Source: the human T2T-CHM13v2.0 reference genome, Homo sapiens. From it: DNA of 64,000 nt. Of the stretch, positions 33,054 to 46,998 are shown one piece after another. The stretch is taken from the NCBI GenBank assembly GCA_009914755.4, contig CP068257.2:39392001-39456000 (forward strand). The letters are read 5' to 3'. Both the position numbers and the translations under genes were made by a program. The first letter of the stretch is position 1, and every line of letters starts with the position of its first letter. The notes under the pieces were generated by a model. That model was not told the origin of the DNA. It worked only from the letters and a program-made list of their open reading frames with translations, and did not search any database.

Positions 33054-34107
33054 TCACAGATCACCATAACGTATATTATAATAATAACGTTTGATATATT
33101 ACCAAAAAATACCAAAATATGATGCAGAGACAAAAAGTGAGCACATGCTCTTGGAAGCATGGTACCTATAGACTTGCTGTATGCCAGGTTGCCACAAACT
33201 TTCAATTTATAAAAAGCATAATTGCAAAGTGCAATAAAGTGAAGCACAGTTAAATGAGGTGTGCCTGTATTCTGTCTCCCTCTCTCTCTCATAATGTGAA
33301 CTCCTTTCTGGTAGGAGCTAGTTCTTCACAACTAAAGCTGGCTCATAATAAGCACTCATTACATGTAAGTTAAATGAAGTAATTTCTCACCTTGATGTTC
33401 CAGTCACAGTGATTGATTGATTATTGAAGGAAGTGACTTCCAAGAGATCATAAATGGGAGAGGTAAACACCAGTGGATTTCCTTGGAAATATGCTGAAAT
33501 CCCACTAAAGACGTCAGCTAACCTGCTATGCTTGCAACTTGCATATGACGAAAACCTCCTTCCAGAAACACCCCAATAGCTTATCTCCATTTCTCACCTT
33601 CCAGCCCACCCTTGTAGCAAATGCTACCTTGCAAAAATGCAGCCTCTGAGGTAAGAACATTGAGCTGGGTAAGATTCCGTCAGTTCAAGATGATGAGCTT
33701 TCCTTAATACGTCCCAAAAGAAATATGAATTCCACTCCTCCTGGGCTTGCTGAACCATAGCAACCTGTCTGGGCTGCCACACGCTCTGCTCAGAAAGGCT
33801 GGAGTGCCAGGTTGGCCGCCCTTCTGCCTGTTCACAGGGAAACGAAGAAGGTTACTCAGAGAATGAGCAGCTGTAAGGTCTCCCTGAGGGGGTAGCATCC
33901 TTGGGCCTGCAGAGAATTTTGCAGCTTTTCTTTATGCATTTTTAATCAATTCTAAGCTACCTACAAATATGTGCAATTACTTTCTGCACTTCGCTTTGTA
34001 ATAAGATTTAATGACTCTGCTACAATCCTCTGAGTGAACATTGATGATCTAACTCTGTGATTTAAAATTTAGCTTTACCAAGGAGGAGGATATAAACTGA
34101 GAGAAAG

Positions 34108-34180
34108 GTTTTTTGAGTTTTTTTCTTCCTTTTCTTTTTCTTTCTTTCTTTCTTTTTTTTTTTTTTTTTTAGAAAATCAG
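34108..34180. repeat. T-rich / (CTTT)n simple repeat
   Basis: tttttttcttccttttctttttctttctttctttctttttttttttttttttt. Confidence 0.85.
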
Positions 34181-37077
34181 AAGTTGGAAATATTTTAGCC
34201 TGCAAAATATCTCTAACACTAGAGAACAGACCATCTCATTTATTTGCCACTGCAACTGATTAAAATATAGGGGAAAAAAAGCCCTGGGCAACATAAGCTC
34301 TCTTTTTCTTTAAAACATTTTACTGATTGTAATAAACAGAGAGGCCTAGAGGCACCGAGAGAGATCGTCTAGTCTATTTGCAAGCATTTACATATGGAAC
34401 ATCCTCCAAGTGCCCTTCACAAAGAGAATTTCTCCCAACTCAATCCTTTGGAGGACTGCCTGTTTCCACCATCCTGGTATATGCTGACCAAGTTGTTCCA
34501 TTACAAATCATCAGATACACAGCTAATATTTACCAAATGCTTGCTCTGTGCCAGCCACTAATCAAAGTGCCATACATCCGTAAGAGCCCCCATGAATGAC
34601 AGACATTGTCCTCCCCATCACAGATGAAGAAATGGAGGCCCAAGTAAGACTGCATGTTCTCTTTGGGAGCATCAGAGAGCTACAATGCCCTCATTTGTTG
34701 AGAAATGGCCCATGGACACACAGGATACTGTGAATGTTGCTGCAAACCCTACAGCTTAACTTTCTATAGACACCTGCTTCCCTGCTACCAACTACCACAG
34801 TATAGAGTCTGGCTCAACTCTCTTCCTGCTTTTCCATGCAAGGACTGGGCCACCAAAGGCACTCAGGAGACTTGGCCATCCTGACCCATCCTTTGGAGTG
34901 ACTTTCCTCTAGCCGGGACTCTAGGAGGTCCTATAGTCTACCTGGGAAAGGGGGAAAAGGAAAAAAAGTCCCAAGGCCCAGTTGTCATCATCAAGTTGCT
35001 CTGCAGTCAGGTAACCAATTTAGGGGCTTGTGTTCTTTATCTAGAAGCTAAGGGGATAAGATAGAGTTCCTTAAAGATCCTCTTTCAGCTCTACTATATG
35101 TGCATTTATTTCACATTTACTGAGCGTCAACAATGTATTGGGAATTAAAGATTGCTAAGGCCTTTTCCAGGCACAAAGAAATACAAAAGTTTCTGAGTGC
35201 AATGGTAACCCTGTGACAAAAGGTTCAGGCTCAGAGCTCTTTCTTAGAGGCGCACTGGAATAAAGCAGTTTCTTGCTTCTCTGTTATACAGTAAAACTTT
35301 CTACTGCCAGAGGCTGCTTCCTCCCCTTCCCACAAGTATTCCTGCTCTAGGACGAAAACTTGGAACTATATCTCAATGAAGGACTAGATTAGTTATGGGA
35401 TCCAAAGTAACTGAAACAAGTAAAATCTGATTGGGTTTATGAGCTGCTGGGCACATAAAAGATTCACCCTTGCTCTGTGGTGCTGTGTGTTGTTCAGCCA
35501 TTGCATGTGATTTACAGCCCATCGGTAACTATTTCAATGATCAGGAACGACTCATAAAGCATGGTGAGAACTACCTATAGTTTCCGAAATGGAAATGCCA
35601 GGGAAATCCCCCTTTCACCCAAGCAGCCAGCATCACAAGGAATCCTGCCTGTTAGAAAAGAAAAGGAAATGGGACCAAACTCAGCTGATACCTGCCCATG
35701 GAGGGAGCATTTAAACCAGCCCTAACCAGAGGGAAACCGCCAATCTTAGCAGCCCCAGACTGACTTCCTGCAGACCTCACCAACGACAGCCGAAGTGCCC
35801 TGTGTCTCCAAGTAAACTTGAATGGCAATCTAGGCCATAAGGACTGCAACTCTTAGGTGAGTCCCAGTGCTGAACTAGGCCCGGAGACAGTGGACTGGGG
35901 CAGGGGCACACGACCTACTGAGATTCCAGCTGGGGCATCCAAGGCAGTGCTGGCATCACCACTCCCCTAACCCCAGGCTATATGGCTCACGGCTCCAAAA
36001 GAAACCCCTTCCTTCCACTTGAGAAGAGGAGAGGGAAGTGTGGGCAGGACTTTGTCTTGCATCTTGGATACCAGCTCAATCACAGCAGGATAGGGTGTGG
36101 GTCAGAGCCATGAGGCCCTTGTTCCAGGCCCTAGTGCCTAGATGACATTTCTAGACACACCCTGGGCCAGAAGGGAACCTGCTGCCTTGAAGGAAAGGAT
36201 CCGGTCCTGGCAGCATTTATCACCTGTAACTGAAAAGCCCTCGGGCCCTGAATAACCAACAGTGATACCCAGGAATCACATCCAGGGTCTTGGGTGAGCC
36301 TCTGAGATTTGCTGGCTTCAGGTAAGCCTCAGCACATTACCAGCTGTGGTGGCAATGGGGCAAAACTCCTTCTTCTTGAGAAAAGCAGAAGGAAAAGTAA
36401 AGAGGACTTTGTCTAGCACATTCAGTACCAGCAAGGCCACAGTTGGGTAGAACACCAGGTGGGTTCTTGGGGTCCCTGATTCCAGGAATTGACTCTTAGA
36501 CAGCATTTCTAGACCCTCCCTGGGCTAGAGGGGAGCCCATTTCTCTGAAAGGTGAGTTCTAGGCCAGGCAGAATTCACCACAAGATGACTTAAGAGCCCT
36601 TGGGTCTTAAGGGAACATTGGCAATAGCCTGGCAGTACTCCTTGTGGCCTAGAATTGGCAGTGGCTATGGGCTGAAGCTCCTCTGCCTTTAGAAAAAGGA
36701 AAGAAGAGTGGGAAGGACTGTGTGTTGTCATTTGAATGCCAGCTCAGCCACGGTACAGTAGAACAATCAGTAGACTTCTGAAGTTTTTGGTTCTAGTCCC
36801 TGACTGCTGGATGTCACTTCTGGACCCACCTGGGACCTGGGGGAATCTCACTGCCCTGAAAAGAAGGACAGAGGCCTGGCTGGCTTTGCCACCAAATCTA
36901 AGTGTTATTGGCCTTAAAGAGGAGTTAGAGAAAGAGATAGGGGTAGAAAGTTTATTCAAAGGAATAATGACAAGAACTTCCCAAACCTAGAAAAAGATAT
37001 CTACGTTCAAGTACAAGAAGGTTATAGAACACCAAGAAGATTTAACCCAAAGAAGGCTACCTCAAGATAATTAATCA

Positions 37078-37526
<449 letters not shown>

Positions 37527-37883
37527 TTAAAGTACTGAAGGGAAAAAGAAAACTTTTACCCTAGAATGGTGTATTCAGTGAAAATATACTTCAAACATGA
37601 AGGAGAAATAAAGACTTTCCCAGACAAACAAAAGCTGAAGGATTTCATCAACACCAGACCTGTCCCATAAGAAATGCCAAAGGGAACACTTCAATCAGAA
37701 GGAAAAGGACATTCATGAGCAATAAATAATCACATGAAGGTACAAAACCCACTGGGAATAGTAAATACACAGAAAAACACAGAGTATTATAACACTGTGA
37801 CTGTGTTGTATAAACTGCTCTTATCCTTAGTAGAAAAACTAAACAATGAACCAATCCAAAATTATAACTCCAACAACTTTTCA

Positions 37884-38017
<134 letters not shown>

Positions 38018-38188
38018 TGAAGAAAAGCCCAGGAGGTGGCTTCACTGCTGAATCTACCAAACATTTAAGAAGAACTAATACCAAACCTGCTCAAACTATT
38101 CTGAAAAACAGAGAAGGAGGGAATACTTTCAAACTTATTCTATAAGGTCAGTATTACCCTGTTACCAAAACCAGAAAATGACACATGA

Positions 38189-38192
38189 AGGA

Positions 38193-38252
<60 letters not shown>

Positions 38253-38315
38253 GAAAGAGAAAGAAAGAGAGAGACAGAAAGAAAGAAAGAAAAAAGAAAG
38301 AAAGAAACAAAGAAA

Positions 38316-38371
<56 letters not shown>

Positions 38372-38383
38372 GAAGAAAAAGAA
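38189..38383. repeat. (GAAA)n microsatellite, about 195 bp, inside L1 ORF2
   Basis: gaaagaaagaaagaaagaaag...gagaaagagaaagaaagagagagacagaaag...; it occupies the position of the A-rich L1 ORF2 segment ...ccaaaaaagagaattttagacc. Confidence 0.95.
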
Positions 38384-39060
38384 AACTACAGGCCAATATC
38401 TCTGATGAATACTGATGCAAAAATCCTCAACAAAATACCAGCAAACTGAATTCACCATTACATTAGAAAGATCATTCATCATGACCAAGTGGGATTTATC
38501 CCTGGGATTCAAGGATGGTTCAACATATGCAAATCAATCAATGTGATACATCACATCACAGAATAGAAGATAAAAATCATATGATCATTTCAACTGATGC
38601 TGAAAAAGCATTTGATAAAATTAAACGTCTTTTCATGATAAAAACCCTCAAAAAACTGGGAGTAGAAGGAACATACCTCAACACAAAAAAGCTATATTTG
38701 ACAGACCCATAGCTAGTATTATATTGAATAGGGGAAAACTGCAATTCTTTTCTCTAAGATCTGTAGCATGACAAGGATGCCTACTGTCACCACTGCTATT
38801 CAACATAGTACTGGAAGTCCTAGCTAGAGCAGTCAGACAAGAGGAAGACATAATAGGCATCCAAATTGGAAAGAAATAAGCCAAATTATCTTTGTTTGCA
38901 GAAAATATGACCTTATATTTGGAAAAACCTAAAGATTCCACAAGAAAACTATTAAAACTGATAAATAAATTCAATAAAGTTTCAGGATACAAAATCAACA
39001 TACAAAAATCAGTAGCATGTTTATATGCCAACAATGAAAAATCTGAAAAAGAAATTTTTT

Positions 39061-39194
39061 CAGCTGAGGTGGGAGGATCGCTAGAGCCTAGGAGGTCAAG
39101 GCTGCAGTAAGCCATGATCACACCACTGCACTCTACCCTGGCATTGATGTAGTGAAACCCTGGGTGACAGTGAGACCGTGTCTCAAAAAATAAA
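39061..39194 (+). mobile_element. Alu right-arm fragment abutting the L1 truncation point
   Basis: cagctgaggtgggaggatcgctagagcctaggaggtcaaggctgcagtaagccatgatcacaccactgcactctaccctggc...gggtgacagtgagaccgtgtctcaaaaaataaaag. Confidence 0.8.
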
Positions 39195-39204
39195 AGTATA
39201 TCAC

Positions 39205-39320
39205 ATTGCTTCTTTCTCCTCTTCCTTCTCTCCCTCTCTCTCCTTCTTCATCTCTTTCTTTTCTCCTCCGTCTTCCTTCTTATTTTTCTTCTTCATTTCC
39301 TTCTTCTCTACCAGCAGCAG
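39205..39320. repeat. Polypyrimidine (CT-rich) low-complexity tract, more than 90% C/T on the plus strand
   Basis: tgcttctttctcctcttccttctctccctctctctccttcttcatctctttcttttctcctccgtcttccttcttatttttcttcttcatttccttcttctctacc. Confidence 0.85.
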
Positions 39321-39762
39321 CACCAGCATATCTAACATACAATGAGCCTTTCCTATATGCCAGGCACTGTGTCCAAAGCTTTACACATATTAACTCATTT
39401 AATTTTCATAACCACCCATTTAATGAGTGGGAAGACTGAGGCATATGACAGAACTGTCCTGCAAACTATACTGGCCATTGCACTGTGTTTGTGTATTTAC
39501 TAATTGATTGGCACTTAAGGCTGTATCAATAGCTATATCAATGTCAGGGGAGGGGGAATTATAACTGGGCAAACAGACCCCTAGTTTGCAGACAGCTTCC
39601 TGATATGGGATAGACATGGAAGAGCCATTCAAACAGGCCATGCTCCTGGTCCCAAGTGCACCACCAGGGGTCAGGATGTACACTTTAGGCCTAAAAGGGA
39701 AAGCTATATGCTGATCATTGCTGTTTCCCGTGAACCCATTTTGATTATGGGAAGTACAGTAT

Positions 39763-40156
39763 ATTAGTCCATTATTGCACTGCTATAAAGACCTGAGGTT
39801 GGGTAATTTATAAAGAGAAGAAATTTAATTGGCTCACGGTTCTGCAGGCTGTACAGGAAGCATAGAAGCTTCTGGGGAGGCCTCAGGAAACTTGAAATCA
39901 TGGGGGAAGGTGAAGGGAAGCAGGCACATCTTACATGGCCAGAGCAGAAGGAAGGTGGTGGGGGAGGCGTCATACACTTTTAAACAATCTGATGTCGAGA
40001 ACTCACTCACTATACAGTACCAAAGGGAGATGGTGCTAAACCATTCATGACACCTTCACCCCATGATCCAATCACCTCTCCCTGGACCTGACCTCTACCA
40101 CTGGGGATTACAATTCGACTTGAGATTTGGGTGGAGACACAGACCCAAACCATAGC
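39763..40156 (-). mobile_element. ERVL-MaLR LTR (THE1/MST-type), minus
   Basis: tattagtccattattgcactgctataaagacctgaggttgggtaatttataaagagaag...cctcaggaaacttgaaatcatgggggaaggtgaagggaagcaggcacatcttacatggccagagcag...gagaactcactcactatacagtaccaaagggagatggtgctaaaccattcatgacaccttcaccccatgatccaatcacctctccctggacctgacctctaccactggggattacaattcgacttgagatttgggtggagacacagacccaaaccatagca. Confidence 0.85.
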
Positions 40157-43100
40157 ATATGGACAAGGTGTACAAAGCAGCAAGTCATGCAAATTGCAGC
40201 TGGAATAGACATCCTCCTGTTTGCTCCATCCAGGCAGTACCCTGGGGCCCCAGGCCTGTCCTTTCTCTTGGTGGATCAGCATATTTCTCCATGCATACCC
40301 TCCTTACCACCAGTTCAGCACTAACATCCTTGAGGGTATAGGCCATAGTACCCATGGCCCCGATACAATGATGATCACACGGGACCCTGTGGAAAGAGAA
40401 ACGACGAGAATACAAGCAGCAGAGCCTGGATGCTGATGGGCACCAAAGAGGGCGACACCCTCAGGCAGCTCTGCTGAGCCCGCCCCCACCCAGTGCAAAA
40501 CAGGTGACTGGTCTGCACTCCGTGATTTATAAGGTACTTTCATGCTTTGCAAGCTGGGGTCCTTGTTCATTACTTGTAAGTATCTACATCTATTTTCTTT
40601 GGGCCACTTTCTTTTCTGTCATGTATCTGTGAAAGTTTCTGTTCTCTCTCTCTCTCTTCATGTAAAATCATTCTGCCTGTCTTCTGTGAAACTTCTGTGA
40701 TGCACGTAGCTCATTGACCCAAGGAGATGCATCTTCTCAGAGAGGGAGGCATGAATATTTCTAATAGATAAATGTCCTAATAGAGAAAGTTGGCCATTAC
40801 ATCTGCCCTATAGGGGTAGAAAAAAAGCTTCATGCAGGTGGTGACTTTTGCTATGAACCTTAAAGTAGGAAATAGGAAAATAGCTGGAGTATGGAGAAAT
40901 ACTTGGACAGTAAAAAGAGAAAAGGAAGCTAAACAGAACACAAGGGGATAGGTCTGATTGAAGACAAATACAGCATGTGGAACTTCACAATCAGGTGTGT
41001 GAGGCCCAGGAAATCAAATGGAGAAGGTATAAGACAAACTACCCGACTCCAAACATCTCTACCCCATTTGTAAGGGCAGCAGATGAGAATATAGACAGAA
41101 ATTTTCCATCTGTGTGTTTCCAAAAATTACATGTGGTGGAAGCAGTAAATAATCATATCCACAAAATATGTGGGTTTGTGACCGACTGAAAAGTTGTTCA
41201 CATCTCACCAGTCCTCTATTTAGTAGAGTCAAAAATCCTTTAAATCTCTACCATGAGACTCTACAGAAAGGAAAACGGTGATGAAGTTGAACTTCACACA
41301 AAATTAAAAAAAAAAATTCTGCCCCTATAGTGAGGCCATTGAACAATGCTAATTGTGCAAGCTTTAGCTCCAGGTTTGCTTTCAAAGATGTGGGGAGAGG
41401 GAGGAGCAGCTGGAAGGAGCCAGAGGGGGAGGGAGGAAGGAAAAATCAGGTCTCAGTGTGAGCATGGGAACGCAATGCACCTCTCAGAAATAATTCCTAA
41501 ATCATCTCATGCTCCTAGAAAGGAACAAACAACTACTTTTAATCACATGTTTCTAAAAGAGAAATACCAGCATTTACAAAATTCAAAAAACTCTGAGGAT
41601 GCAAAACTGTGGCCAGTTATGCCGCAGCACGGAGTGAGTGACAATGACCAGCCACCTTGAAAAGGGATGTTATAATTGAGCCACTGACAGAGCCCTAACT
41701 GGGGCAGCGCCGCTGGGTGCCTCTAGAACATGGTGCATTTTAATTGCCGATGCTGGCATTTATTTGATGTCTTTGGCTGGTTCAGAGTCCTTTTATAACA
41801 ATCCTATTTGACCACAAATCAGGTACAAATAAAAAAGTCAGCCACAATGTCCTCACTCCTAAAGGCAGCTGTATTATTTTACAGGTATTCAATATTTAAA
41901 TGTTAATGAAGGTGGGACTAGGATGGAATACGGACAGAAGGGAAGTGAGAAGAATTGAACTTGTTTTGAAATAAGCAGGTGGACTGGAAGGAGGGGAGGC
42001 TCAGGGAGACAGAAAGAGGACAGGGGAGACCTGCATGTGGATGAATGGACGCTTCTCTATTAGCCTTGGCTGTGGGCCAGCAGGCAGAGGGACAAAATGG
42101 CTTCAGGTGTACAGCAAGCAGGGTGCAAGCCTGGGTGCCGAGTTCCTGCCTGAAATCACCACGCTGTGCTTACCGACTGCAATCTCTTACTGCATCCTAA
42201 AGCAGCCTGTTCAGCTCTCCGTGGAGGCCCCGTGCTTTGCTACATGATGTATGTCATTCTCCGTGGCAGATGTAGGGAGGGAGCCACACTTCTCTCCCAC
42301 CTGCTGGCGGTTTCCCGAAATGCAGGGCACACCCGGCCATTCAGAGGGCTTTGCTGATCCCCCAAATTCCATTTTCCCACCTCTCATTTGGAAATCAAAG
42401 TGTGGTTCAGGAACAACTCCAAGTTTAGCTAATCAGTTCCTATCAGTCACTTCTTCGTTAAAATGTATCTATATGTATCTCTACTTGTAGTTCTAGGGTG
42501 TACATAAGAACAGAGTGTGCTGGAGTGGATGGATGGTAAATATTTGCTGATGTCGACTCTGCAGGGATTTTGAATAAGATCTTTCACCAACTCCAGAAAT
42601 AACTACGCTTTCTCGTGAAACACAACCGAATGAGGCCAACTACTCTTTGGACAGGGGAAGTGTTTTGGTGTGTGTACAAAAATCTCATTGTTTTCAAACA
42701 CCGAGCGTGTTCTTTTCACTTGAGGGATGTCAGGCAAAGACCACAACACTGACCTTTCAGGTTAGCAGCTGTGCCTTCTAGAATACTCATGAGATAGGAG
42801 GGCTGGGAGGATGTGGAAAGGAGACAAGAACGGGCCACCTGTACCTTCTCAGACTGACCACTGGACTGCAGACCAGACAAATTAGGCTCTGAGTCCTACC
42901 TGATCAAACTATTAACTTCACCAATCTTGTTTCCTGTACCTTGAGTAATACGTAGAGGGAATTAACTCTTCTAAGGGGGATGAATGCCACTGAGGTGCCA
43001 GACAGGGGCGACAGGAGAGGGTTGACTGGCTTGGATCCATCAGCCAACAACTCCTTCAATCTAGAGTACTTAAAGAGGCAAATAAAATTGATAGAATAGG

Positions 43101-43799
43101 AAATTATAAGACAATAACCACAATCATCATGATACTGTAACATAAGAGAAAAATAAATTGTCTACAGAGATCCAGGAGAGGAAAGGTTGGGTAAGAAACA
43201 AGCATCCTCAATAAATGCAAAGGCTCTTTGTAAATCAGCAGCTGTCAGCCCTCATCAGAGGCAGTAAAATGTTGGTGTCCTAAGGAAGTAGTAGCATTCA
43301 AGATGCAGGATGTCAAACATTCCCCTCTGTGGAAAACCCTGAGACCCACAGTGGCCTGGGGTGCAGTGTCCACGGTGGTTCTTAAAGTTTAGCCAGCCGC
43401 TGGACCAGCAGCAGTGACCTCACCTGGGAATTTGTTTAAAAAGTAGATTCTCAGGCATGCACAGCCCCGCTGAATGAGAAGCTCTGGGGCAGGGCAGCCA
43501 CCTGTGCCATAGCAAGACCCACAGGTGATCCGTATGCACACGTGAGTCCGGGTATAAACCTCTGCTCCTAGCTGCCAGGTTAACCAGCCTGTCCTGGACA
43601 AAGGCTTGAGGCTCACAAGACAAAGACAGCACTTTTGCAGTCTGTTTTTTCTGAGGGCAGGTGTCTGCATTGCACGGAGGGCGAGGTTCTTGTGTGCACG
43701 CCCAGGCTGGTGGGACTGGAACCCCTGGACCACACCTTTGCCACCGGGTACAAGTCATCAGTACTAACCCCATGGAATGTGTGTGCCCCAGCCACTTCC

Positions 43800-43990
43800 A
43801 TATGCTCCACATGCTGTCACTCATTTTATTCTTGCCACAGCCCAGTGAAGGAGGCTGTTACTGTTACCTCCATTTTATCAATGAGAAAACTGACATGCCA
43901 TTGTCACACAGCTACTTATCCCTGGGAGAAGGAATCCAATCAGGGCACAGCACTGCCCAGCCTCCCAAGATGAGTCTGTTATTGGCTCAC
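43800..43990 (-). mobile_element. MIR SINE fragment, minus
   Basis: ...gttactgttacctccattttatcaatgagaaaactgacatgccattgtcacacagctacttatccctgggagaagg... matches reverse-complement MIR ...atccccattttacagatgaggaaactgaggc.cagagaggttaagt.acttgcccaaggtcacacagctagtaagtggcagag. Confidence 0.55.
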
Positions 43991-44030
43991 GTGTGCCCAC
44001 CTAAGGGCAAGAACTGTTTCTTCCATGTCT

Positions 44031-44092
44031 GTTTTTTTTGTTGCTGTTGTTTGTTTGTTTTGTTTTGTTTTGCTTTGCTTTGTTTTGTTTCA
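44031..44092. repeat. (GTTTT)n-like T-rich simple repeat
   Basis: ttttttttgttgctgttgtttgtttgttttgttttgttttgctttgctttgttttgtttc. Confidence 0.85.
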
Positions 44093-46004
44093 TGCCCAGA
44101 ACATCACTGGCAGCCAGCAAAAGGTTAATGAATAAATGAATGAAAACTTACATATCATGAGTTTATTGTTTTTCAACCTATGGGCAGATGAAACCCTATT
44201 GTGAATAGTCTTGGGTCCATATTGTTCCATAAGCTAAAAAAGAATTCTTCATGTGTTTATACGATTTTTGAAAGATATATACGAATCATTGTGATGAGTT
44301 TTAAGAGGTTGCTGAGTTCACCGTTATTTTCTGTGTCATTTCTATGTTTACCGCCTCAGATCCTGAAAGAACAAAAACTATCAGGTGAGGCACCATGACA
44401 TTTTGTCACATTAAAAAAGATTCGTAATGTTGGATCATGAATCAGAGAAGGAAAAGGAGAGAAAAAGCTGGAGAGGCAGAAGGGATTTGAGAAAGAGGGT
44501 GCAGAGAACCAACCTTTGAAGCAAAAGCCATAATGAGAACTTTGCTCCTGCCCCTAACATGACATCTCACTTCCTATGTTTCACCCCAGCAGGGCTCACA
44601 TAAGAGAATTTTAATTTGATTCATTTAAGGACCACTATCCTGATTGGTCAAAGCAGAATTTGAACTTGAATTGTACTAGAATTGTTTGAGAACCACATTC
44701 CTTGTTTAAAATGATCAGACTTTACTCGAGACTTTTTTGGATGTAATTAATGAATCAGCAAGAATGGAAGCCAGCATAAGCTACCACAGAGAAATCAGGC
44801 AGAAGCAGGAATGCAATTTGCTTCCTGCATTACCAGCAATAAACAATCCTTTATATCATAATGTAAGATCTAAAAATAGCTCACTTTAAATTTTGAGCCC
44901 TTGTACATAATGAAAGGAGGCTGTGCATAAAAGCCAGTTATTCATTTATTCTGTACATTAGAGGCTTCAACAGTAAGAGCCCAATTAACAAAAAAGACCA
45001 GTGGGAAATTATGCATAATATTTTTTGTTTATTACAAAGAGACTTTATTTTCATATCTCACTGCAAGGAAATTATGTGTGCGACTTGCATAACTCACACA
45101 TGGCAGTATTCCCTCTGAATTTAGAGTTTTCAAAAATGACCATGTAGAAAGAATTGAGGTGGGAAAATGGTGATTTTAGAAAGACAGTACCACTGTGTCA
45201 TCAGCAGTGTGAACAGCATTTCCCGTGGCTGTGGCCACTGGTAAGGCCCATAGGCTTGGACAGAGGGGCTATTGTCCTAGCTGTGTCTTCAAAGAAGCTC
45301 CAGCATCAGGACTCAGGAATTCTTAGTGTAAATCCTGCTTTAGAAGGGGCCATTTTTCCATAGACTGTCTCATCCATTCCGAGCATGTGACACAAATGAC
45401 CTCTAATCTTCTTCCATCACGACATCGTACAGATAAAGAAACAGAAGATGAGTGGATTGTGGAGCTAGAGTGCTTGCACTGATTTGTTATGACAACCTTG
45501 AGGCCCAAAGTCCTCTTCTGCTGAATGAGATGGGATAAAAAGATTATCTTTAAGGTACCTGAAGCTTTGCTGCTGTATGACCACTAATTCTCAAGGGAAC
45601 TGGGGACATTCCCAGGATGTCGAGTAACAAAGAAGAAATAACAGCGGTCACATTTGCTCCTCATTCGAGATTCTAGTTGAATTGTTCTTCCTAACTTCCC
45701 ATGTCCATGACATAGGATAATTTGTGATGTTGCTGAGACCTGTTTTGATGCCAGGTAGGAAGCTGGCATGTTGGAGCAAATCATTTGCCTGAGAATAAGC
45801 CTGCTGACCAACCCATATCCCCATTCACAAAAGCCCAGCTGATTCTCTTCTCCACAACACTTATGAGCAGCTCTTGTGAACTGATTAAACTTTTCCTCTT
45901 CCTAGAGTAATAAATGACCCAAAAAGCGAGCCACTGGCTAGTGCTAGGTCCTGAACTAAAGAGAAAGAGAGGCAGCCTCAGGAAGCAATAGTTCTTTTTC
46001 AAAA

Positions 46005-46835
46005 AAAAAAAAATTATTTCAATAGCTTTTGGAGTACAAGTAGTTTTTTGCTACATGGATGAATTTTATAGTCGTGAATTCTAAGCTTTCAGAGCACCCC
46101 TCACCCAAGTCGTGTACATTGTACCTAATGTGTAGTTTGTTATCCCTGCATCCCCCTCCCACCCTCTCCTTTCTGAGCCTCTGAAGTCCATGATATCATT
46201 CTGCATGCCTTTGCATATGCATGGCTTAGCTCCCACTTATAAGTGAGAACTTACAGCTTTTGGTTTTCCACTCCTGTGTCACTTCACTTAGAATAATTGC
46301 CTCTAGCTCCATTCAAGTTGCTCTAAGAGGCATTATTTCCTTCCTTTTAATGACTGAGTAATATTCCATGGTGTATATATACTACATTTTCTTCATTCAC
46401 TCATTAGTCAATGGATACTTGGGTTGGTTCCACATCTTTGCGATTGTGAATTGTGCTGTGATGAACATATGTGTGCAAGAGTCTTTTTCATATCATCACT
46501 TATTTTCCTTTGAGTAGACACCCAGCGGTGGGATTGCTGGATTAAAGGGTAGATCTACTTTTAGCTGTTTAAGGAATCTCCATACTGTTTTCCATAAAGG
46601 TTGTACTAATTTACATTCCCAGCAGTGTGTGAGCATCCTCTTTTCCCAAAATCGATGCCAACATCTATTGGGTTTTTTTTTGACTTTTTAATAATGGCCA
46701 TACTTGCAGAAATAAGGTGGTGGTATCTCACTGTCATTTTAATTTGCATTTCCCTGGTGATTAGTGACACTGCACATTTTTTTCATAGTTTTTGTCCCTG
46801 GGTGCAAGTGCAGTATGTACTGAAGAGCAAGGTAG
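46005..46835 (-). mobile_element. LINE-1 3'-end fragment (ORF2 C-terminus plus 3'UTR), minus
   Basis: ...ttatttcaatagcttttggagtacaagtagttttttgctacatggatgaattttatag...gcatggcttagctcccacttataagtgagaacttacagcttttggttttccactcctgtgtcacttcacttagaataattgcctctagctccattcaagttgctctaagagg...ggttgtactaatttacattcccagcagtgtgtgagcatcctcttttcccaaaatcgatgccaacatctattgg...aataaggtggtggtatctcactgtcattttaatttgcatttccctggtgattagtgacactgcacatttttttcat. Confidence 0.9.
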
Positions 46836-46998
46836 GGCCAGGCACGGTCACTCATGCCTGTAGTCCCAGGGCTTTGGAGGCTGAGGCAGGAGGATTGCTT
46901 GAGCCCAAGAGTTCAAGGCGGCAGTGAGCTATGATCGTACCACTACACTTGAGCCTGGGCAACAGAATGAGACTCTGTCTGTTAAAGAAAATAAAAAA
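46836..46998 (+). mobile_element. Partial Alu (right-monomer-like, about 160 bp) abutting the L1 fragment
   Basis: gggccaggcacggtcactcatgcctgtagtcccagggctttggaggctgaggcaggaggattgcttgagcccaagagttcaaggcggcagtgagctatgatcgtaccactacacttgagcctgggcaacagaatgagactctgtctgttaaagaaaataaaaaag. Confidence 0.75.
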
